From: an uncultured Chthoniobacter sp.
GTDB taxonomy: Bacteria; Verrucomicrobiota; Verrucomicrobiia; Chthoniobacterales; Terrimicrobiaceae
Length of the DNA: 64,000 bases
NCBI GenBank assembly: GCA_964585615.1
Contig: CAZPEN010000023.1
Location: 1-64,000, forward strand
Direction of reading: 5' to 3'
In this document: positions 58,190 to 64,000 of the stretch, piece by piece
Numbering within the stretch: position 1 is the first letter of the stretch
Layout of the letters: each line of letters starts with the position of its first letter
Program-made: the position numbers and the translations under genes
The notes under the pieces: model-generated
Told to the model about the DNA's origin: nothing
Databases searched by the model: none
Seen by the model: only the letters and a program-made list of their open reading frames with translations

Positions 58190-58481
58190 TTCAGGAAACC
58201 GGTTTGGCCGGGTAGGAAAAGAAAACATCCGCCGGACCGGGTGTCCGGTCCGTGGGGCGCGAAATCGCGGCTCTCCAAAATCCGTGCGTGGGATTTTGGC
58301 AGAGCGGTCGGGCCAAGTCCCGACTGCCCGCACAGGTGTCAGGCGAACGGTAGTGAGCCCTTTTCGCCCCCGGCGAAAACGCGCTCGCGTCGTGGGGTTC
58401 CCCCCACGATGCGTAAGTGCGCTTCGCCTTCAAGAGAAGGCTTCGGTGGCTCGGAAGTCTCATTTGCAAAGACCCTCTCTT

Positions 58482-58757
58482 TTACCGGCGAGAGGGAGGC
58501 AGTGCTTCCTTCGCGGCCTGGGGAAAGACCGAACGCAAAACCTCCCTGTCCGGCTCTGAGGCGGCGGACAGGAGTTCGGAGAGCAATGGCTGATGATCAC
58601 GCAAGACCAGCCCGCCAAGAATGATCTTGGCGCGGGTCAGTCGTTTGCGCTCGGAGGTTTTGGCTTCTTGACGGAGACGGCGGATTCGTTCTTCGATCTG
58701 CCGTTTCTCGGTTTCGAGCTTTTCAATCTTTTGCTGGCTGGTGGTTGGGATTTCCAT
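58482..58757 (-). CDS. MobC-like relaxosome accessory protein
   Basis: Coiled-coil KRQIEERIRRLRQEAKTSERKRLTRAKIILGG resembles the MobC family. Immediately upstream of the relaxase. Confidence 0.5.
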   Translation of the reverse strand: MEIPTTSQQKIEKLETEKRQIEERIRRLRQEAKTSERKRLTRAKIILGGLVLRDHQPLLSELLSAASEPDREVLRSVFPQAAKEALPPSRR

Positions 58758-59048
58758 AGGTCTGGGGTTGGTGTTTTGAAAATGCCGTTTGTTCAAAACG
58801 GCGGGAGAGTGGTGCGCCTGAAATTCCCGACAGGCTTTCCGCGTTCGTCGTTGCCCGCTCCGGTTTCGTAAACTGGTAGGATGAAAACTGGCTTGCCTCT
58901 TCGGGCCATTGCAGGCGATTCCATCCAACCGCTCGCCACATGACACCGCCTCCCCGGCAGACAACGCCACGCCCCTTTTTTCTTCCTACAGGCCGGAAAG
59001 AAATCGACGGAGATTTTGTGATTCCCGATTTTTCGCATGAGGCCCTTT

Positions 59049-59564
59049 TCATGCCGTGACCCCGGTTTCAGCCGATCTGACAAAACGTCTCTCGCTGGGC
59101 ATGAGGGGAGGCAATTCCCCGCCCACCAATCGTTCGTATGCTGTTTCCACGGATTCCGTGGCGACAAGCAGGTCCCGTCCTTCCCGCAGAATGATAAACC
59201 AACCGCCCTTCGCGTGCCGGGTAGCCCACAGCATCCGGTCAACGAGCTTGGCCGAACCAAGCACGGCGATGATTTGCTTTTTTGTCAACGTCAGCGGGCG
59301 CATGCCTGCAATGGAAACTCGCTGGATAGAACGATTCATCCGATTCTCCGGTTGGAAATTTCGACCTTCATCATGAGTCTCAAGGTAGAAAAGTTTTCGG
59401 AATTGATGTCTCTGATTATGGAGAAATCTGTTTTCGGCTTCATGGATGCCACTACCGCACAATGGCGGGAAAACCCTGTTCCTGGCTGGGAACAATATGC
59501 GCCAATTTTTTGCGGCGATTTTGTCGGCGGTCTGCTGGGTCTGATCGCGGTCATGAAGCGACAA
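59049..59564 (-). CDS. hypothetical protein
   Basis: ORF between mobC-like and abiEii; competing plus-strand ORF is low-complexity. Confidence 0.25.
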   Translation of the reverse strand: MSLHDRDQTQQTADKIAAKNWRILFPARNRVFPPLCGSGIHEAENRFLHNQRHQFRKLFYLETHDEGRNFQPENRMNRSIQRVSIAGMRPLTLTKKQIIAVLGSAKLVDRMLWATRHAKGGWFIILREGRDLLVATESVETAYERLVGGELPPLMPSERRFVRSAETGVTA

Positions 59565-59676
59565 TTAGCCGCTGCTGCGCGGTCCCCCTGCTCCAGATTG
59601 GGAGCAACTTCAAGCGGCGCAGAACTTCCGTGGAAATCGGTGGACGACCTCGGTCACACGGACGGGTCGGAACAAT

Positions 59677-60546
59677 TCAAACGCGAGGTCTTGTCAGCGA
59701 AATCCAAGGCCCCGGATGCTTCCAGTCCATTGTGAAAGAATCTCCAGTGCGCAACGCCTCGTGAACAGGCCGCAAAAATCCCCGGATCGCAGTGACCGCA
59801 TCGGAGAATGTCGATGGAGCTTCGGAAGGTCGCATCCGTTTCAAGAACCCTGCCCATTGTGACTGCTTGGAAGGGTCGAAGTCGTCCTCGAATGCCTGTG
59901 GTGCGGCGGTAAGTTCCGTCCCCCGTTTGCGAAAAGTGGCAAGGATGGCAGCACTCAAGTCGGCACCGGAAAAATCCGATGTGTTTGCCAGCAACCACAC
60001 GTCGAAGAAATCCTTCATTCTGCTGTTGAGTCTTCCCAGAGAGACCATCGCCTCGAACTTTTCGGCAATGGCTGTTTCCCGGTTGTAGGCACGCAAGACG
60101 GGAGCGGGATAGTCGAGAATGGTCGGATAGCTGATTTCGACCGGTCCGGGAGTCACGATGTCGCTGAACCCCATATCGATCTGCATGGAGAGCCGTGTGG
60201 TGGCGAGAATTCCGGTAAAGGTTGCCCGCACCCCCTCGTAGTCGGCATCCTCGGCAATCCTCGTCGTGATCACGCTTTCGGAGTCGAACAAAACCCCATC
60301 ATCCGGCACATCTGTCCGGCAAATCTCCGCAATGATGCGCGTGATCCCGTTGAGATCGTTACTGGTTCTGGCCAGCAGGTCGATGTCACGGGTCGCCCGC
60401 AGGATCGGAGCACGCCATGCCACGAGCATCAACGCCCCTTTCAGGATGAAAAGATTCTCGTGCCCGGACTGCGACAATCGATAGAGCCATCTTTCCAGCG
60501 CGTAATACTGAACGAGGGAAGGAACGCCCCGACTCTTTTGACACAT
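59677..60546 (-). CDS. AbiEii/AbiGii-family nucleotidyltransferase toxin (type IV TA)
   Basis: YALERWLYRLSQSGHENLFILKGALMLVAWRAPILRATRDIDLL matches the AbiEii N-terminal signature. Confidence 0.7.
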   Translation of the reverse strand: MCQKSRGVPSLVQYYALERWLYRLSQSGHENLFILKGALMLVAWRAPILRATRDIDLLARTSNDLNGITRIIAEICRTDVPDDGVLFDSESVITTRIAEDADYEGVRATFTGILATTRLSMQIDMGFSDIVTPGPVEISYPTILDYPAPVLRAYNRETAIAEKFEAMVSLGRLNSRMKDFFDVWLLANTSDFSGADLSAAILATFRKRGTELTAAPQAFEDDFDPSKQSQWAGFLKRMRPSEAPSTFSDAVTAIRGFLRPVHEALRTGDSFTMDWKHPGPWISLTRPRV

Positions 60547-60591
60547 TCTTGAGCCGCTGGTGGACCGAGGCTCCGATATTCTTGAGCTCGC

Positions 60592-61194
60592 TCACGCGAC
60601 GGCCTCCAAATAAGGCCGCATCACATTTTCAACCCGGCACGTGCGGGCGAAATCCAAAACCTTGTCGAATCGCCGCGGCTTGCTGCGGGCATAGTTGCGG
60701 AGCGCCTCGGTCGCTGTCTCGATTCCGATCCGATTCCGGAATTTGAAAATGTCGGCCAGCGTTTTCTCCCGGCTGAAGATGCGGGCAGTGACTCCGTCGA
60801 TGTCATGCTCTTCAACGCCACAGGATAGGGATTGCAGAGAAAAGCTGAACACCTCAATCGGCGGATGCTCGATTTTTGGGGGCCAGCTTCCCGGACGCAG
60901 CGCGATCTGCACCGTGTGGGGGATTTGGGTAGTCAGCTCATGGAACGCAAGGGCGCTGATCAGACAGACCACAGCCGATGGAACTCGCTTGGCCACCAGT
61001 GTCAGGTCGGGATTGGCCAGCGGAGGAAGCCCAACGAGGCGAAACAGCCCGCGGCTGGTTTGCTCAATGATCCCCGCATCCCGCATCTCATAGAGTGTGC
61101 GCGAGTGAATCCCTGCCTGAATGGCCTCACGCGTGCGAACGAGTCCGCCGCTCGATTCGAATACGGCCTTTGCTCGCTCAATGGGTGTGCTCAT
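60592..61194 (-). CDS. AbiEi-family antitoxin (type IV TA)
   Basis: N-terminal GGLVRTREAIQAGIHSRTLYEMRDAGIIEQTSRGLFRL is AbiEi_4-like. Directly upstream of the AbiEii gene. Confidence 0.7.
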   Translation of the reverse strand: MSTPIERAKAVFESSGGLVRTREAIQAGIHSRTLYEMRDAGIIEQTSRGLFRLVGLPPLANPDLTLVAKRVPSAVVCLISALAFHELTTQIPHTVQIALRPGSWPPKIEHPPIEVFSFSLQSLSCGVEEHDIDGVTARIFSREKTLADIFKFRNRIGIETATEALRNYARSKPRRFDKVLDFARTCRVENVMRPYLEAVA

Positions 61195-61397
61195 GGTTGC
61201 CTTGGATAAAAACCAAGGCACATGGTGGCATCTAGTGAGGTTTTTATCCAGAGAAAACGCGTCAACGACCTCGGCTCAATGGCGCGGAGCGCATCGCGAA
61301 CAGAGCAACATGCCTCCACGACGCTCGACGAACAACACGGCACCCCCTGCTTCTGATAAGACGGTCTTTCAGAATAATAGAAGGCATGCGAGGTATT

Positions 61398-64000
61398 TCA
61401 CTCTACGACGATGCGAAAAAAACGTCGCGGCTGACTGCCATCGTTAGCGAGGTTTACCGTCACAGTACCGCCTGTGCCCGGAATGTGTTGCTGAAGAGCC
61501 TGCCAGGCCGCTCCCGATTCGAGTCGATCTGACTGCTCAAGTCGGTAGGTTTTTTCGGAAACAGTCGTGAAACTGAGCAGGAGATTGTTATCGCTTTGTC
61601 CAATGAAAGCCCGCAACACACTTGCCGCATCAACAGGGCTGGTTCCAGCCAGATATTCTTTTTGGTTGTCTTGGCCGTCGCCATCTGGATCAGCGTTGGC
61701 GGCAGCATCCCCAGCCGCGCTCAGCCCGTCTCCGAAATACTGAAGCCGCCATGCACCCGGGAACCCATCTCCGACTCCCGCCGGAGTGGAGGCGTTCAGG
61801 ACCGCATAGTCGGAAGAAAATCCGGACACAAGGCACTTCAGCCGGTAATCATAAGATGCGGAGGCGTCAAGAAGTGAGTCGGTGTAAGTTGTGGAACTGG
61901 CAGAGAGGCTGCCATCGAGCGTTGTCCAAGTGTTCAGGGCATGCGGTGACCTTTGCAAAATGTAGCCGGTTCCAAACGGGGCATTGTCTGTCCATGTTAG
62001 CCGGATCTGCGATTCTGACAGGGCCGCTCCCGCAAGATTTGATGGCGCAGGAACATCAACGGTGACGAAAAACGTGCGGAAAGATGTATTTCCGAGCACG
62101 TCCATTGCGCTCGTCGTGACCGTTGTTGTTCCGATGGGAAACACGGAACCGGATGCAGGGTTGTTGGTTGTTCCGAGAACGCCGCTGATATTGTCCAGCG
62201 CAGCGGTGCTGAATGTGACAGCAGCTCCGGCGGCACCCGTGGCATAAGCAGAGATACCTGCCGGGACGCTGATGTCCGGAGGCGTCAGATCAACCACCAC
62301 TTCGTTGCTGTTCGGGCTTTCACCGGCGGGGTCTGATGCGGTGATGCAGTAGTAGAAGGTCGAGCCGGGATTCAGATTGGTGCATTCGTAACCCAGTGCA
62401 TTCAGCCCCGAGGCGACCGTGGTGTAGGGACCTCCGCTGATCGTTGCCCGCTTGACGTTGTAAGCGGCGGCGGCAGCGGAGGAGTTCCAACGCAGTGTGG
62501 CCTGGACTGCCCCCGGAGTTTGAGCCACACTCAGACCAGAAGGCGCGGGGGGTGCCTGGAATGTCAATCCGGAAACTGTCACATTGTCAAAAACCGCTGT
62601 AGTTGCAGTTGCGTTGTCAGATGAAGACACAGCCAGACCCACGCAAATCGGATCTGTCATCAAAATCGCGGGAGGATTGAAATACAGAGAGGTCCAGGTT
62701 GTTCCATCGGTGGACACATAGCCTGAAAAGGTATTTCCCACCCTAACCACACGCACCCAAGGATGGGTGGCAGCGTTCACTCCGGTGTTGCTGTTGGCGA
62801 CCTTGGTGGCCCCGTCGGTTGCGGTTCGAAGTTCACATTTCGCCGACGAGGTGTTGGCCACAACCGCTGCGCTGGCAGCACCGGCATCTGGCGAGGCTCG
62901 CATCATTACCCCGACCTTCGACACGCTGGAGCCTGGCGAAACGATCCGCGCAGTGATCGAACAATTGCCGGACAAATGGACATACACGAAGTGAAGGGAA
63001 TCGGCCGTACCGCCAATGTCAGCACCGGATCCCACGACCGTGTAATTGCCGGAGGTGCCTGCCCAGGCACCACCACCAAGTCCCACCGTTCCCACGTCGG
63101 CATCCTGCAAAGGAGGGGGGAGGAAACTGGGCACGGCGTGAACGGGCAGGGAATTCACCGTCTCGCCTCCTGAGTCCGCTGCCGTCACCACGTAGTAGAA
63201 GGAGTCGCCAGCAAGAACGGTCTGATCGGTATAGGTGGTGGTGATGCCAGAAACGGTGGCAACAGTGTCAAACGGTCCGCCGGGCGATGAAGCCCGCTTG
63301 ATGTTGTAGGAGCCAACCGTCCCGTCGAATGGGGCCCAGGTCAACACCACCTTGCCCGTGTTGTCCGTCACCGTCACGTCATTGACAACAGGAACGAGGG
63401 TCGCGCTGACCGGCGAAGAATCCGGCCCTTCGCCCTGGGGATTGACTGCGGAAACAACATAGTAGTAGGTCGTTCCGCTGCCGACAGTGTCATCGACATA
63501 CTTGGTTGTGCTCGCAAGGTTTTCGGCAATCGTTGTGAATGGTCCTCCAACAGAGGAGCTGCGTTTGAGATTGTAATGAACGGCATTCATCGCCGTCCAA
63601 GCCAGAGTCACCTTGCCAACTTCCGGAGATGCCGTCAGATCCGTGGGAGCAGCGACAACCCGGTAATTTGCAAGGACTGTGACATAGCGCTGCCCAGTCG
63701 TAGCAGTGGCAGTCGAAGATCCGGCGGCACTCAGGAACCCGACATCCCCGCTCCAGTGATCAAATACAAGACCTGTGGTCGAGTTGGCCGTAATGCCCAC
63801 CGTGGCATTGAGTGAATAGTTTCCGCTGCCGGAGCCGGAATTGACAACCAGCTTGCAGGGTTGATCCGTTCGAAACGGACTGGCTGGCACACCGTCAACA
63901 ACATTCCCCGAAGTGTCGACAACTTTGCGGTAAAGATTGCAAATGGGGTTGTTGTCCCAAAGGTAGCGCACCGAGACAGGAACGGGTACGCTGGCACTGG
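61398..64000 (-). CDS. large surface/secreted repeat protein (FN3-like and HYR-like Ig-fold repeats), N-terminus beyond the window
   Basis: Repeated ~90-aa beta-rich modules (…YNVKRASS.GGPY…). PPDISVPAGISAYATGAAGAAVTF is HYR-like. No signal peptide at the ORF start within the window, so it likely continues upstream. Confidence 0.6.
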   Translation of the reverse strand, partial: SASVPVPVSVRYLWDNNPICNLYRKVVDTSGNVVDGVPASPFRTDQPCKLVVNSGSGSGNYSLNATVGITANSTTGLVFDHWSGDVGFLSAAGSSTATATTGQRYVTVLANYRVVAAPTDLTASPEVGKVTLAWTAMNAVHYNLKRSSSVGGPFTTIAENLASTTKYVDDTVGSGTTYYYVVSAVNPQGEGPDSSPVSATLVPVVNDVTVTDNTGKVVLTWAPFDGTVGSYNIKRASSPGGPFDTVATVSGITTTYTDQTVLAGDSFYYVVTAADSGGETVNSLPVHAVPSFLPPPLQDADVGTVGLGGGAWAGTSGNYTVVGSGADIGGTADSLHFVYVHLSGNCSITARIVSPGSSVSKVGVMMRASPDAGAASAAVVANTSSAKCELRTATDGATKVANSNTGVNAATHPWVRVVRVGNTFSGYVSTDGTTWTSLYFNPPAILMTDPICVGLAVSSSDNATATTAVFDNVTVSGLTFQAPPAPSGLSVAQTPGAVQATLRWNSSAAAAAYNVKRATISGGPYTTVASGLNALGYECTNLNPGSTFYYCITASDPAGESPNSNEVVVDLTPPDISVPAGISAYATGAAGAAVTFSTAALDNISGVLGTTNNPASGSVFPIGTTTVTTSAMDVLGNTSFRTFFVTVDVPAPSNLAGAALSESQIRLTWTDNAPFGTGYILQRSPHALNTWTTLDGSLSASSTTYTDSLLDASASYDYRLKCLVSGFSSDYAVLNASTPAGVGDGFPGAWRLQYFGDGLSAAGDAAANADPDGDGQDNQKEYLAGTSPVDAASVLRAFIGQSDNNLLLSFTTVSEKTYRLEQSDRLESGAAWQALQQHIPGTGGTVTVNLANDGSQPRRFFRIVVE

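Noticed and set aside
59037-59735. 232-aa plus-strand ORF between mobC-like and abiEii
   Set aside because: Arg/Ser/Pro-rich low-complexity translation. The minus-strand alternative is also weak, so it is kept only as a low-confidence feature.

Overview
High-GC (about 60%) bacterial chromosome segment. The gene content (bifunctional LpxC/FabZ, RDD-SpoIIM-DUF4129-DUF4350-MoxR-DUF58 operon, several FGE-sulfatase-domain proteins, alpha-2-macroglobulin, ExbB-ExbD-TonB) suggests a Verrucomicrobia/PVC-like organism, but this is an inference and no search was run. The window has three parts. (1) Positions ~160-22,600 form a 22-kb unidirectional plus-strand block. It encodes a phospho-threonine signalling/effector system: an FHA-GAF-sigma-54 AAA+ activator without a DNA-binding domain, a Ser/Thr kinase with a periplasmic peptidoglycan-binding domain, three caspase-like (C14) proteases (one fused to an alpha/beta-hydrolase, two tandem FHA-TM-caspase paralogs), peptidoglycan hydrolases (NlpC/P60, M15 with PG-binding domain), a C39-like papain peptidase, two tandem FGE-sulfatase-domain paralogs and a zinc-ribbon/SPFH-like coiled-coil protein. 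The block is subdivided by four near-perfect sigma-54 (-24/-12) promoters. It ends at a histidine-kinase pseudogene remnant followed by tRNA-Ser(GGA) and tRNA-Arg(ACG) on the minus strand. (2) Positions ~24,000-56,700 are mostly core genes: DUF4256, ExbB/ExbD/TonB, the RDD-SpoIIM-DUF58-MoxR-DUF4350-DUF4129 operon, zinc-ribbon membrane proteins, an IS630 transposase remnant, an oligopeptide-type substrate-binding protein, MdcH/CitG-like, RecO, TPR, RfaE2, ABC-F, LpxA, LpxC/FabZ, a cNMP-binding protein, an ABC ATPase, RluA, a 1830-aa alpha-2-macroglobulin with an intact CLEQ thioester, and a glutaredoxin-like protein. (3) After an initiator-type tRNA-Met (56,766-56,842) lies a mobilizable-element-like segment: MobA/MobL relaxase, MobC-like protein, an AbiEi/AbiEii type IV toxin-antitoxin pair, and a large FN3/HYR-repeat surface protein running off the window end. 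Many long ORFs antisense to these genes are high-GC artefacts.
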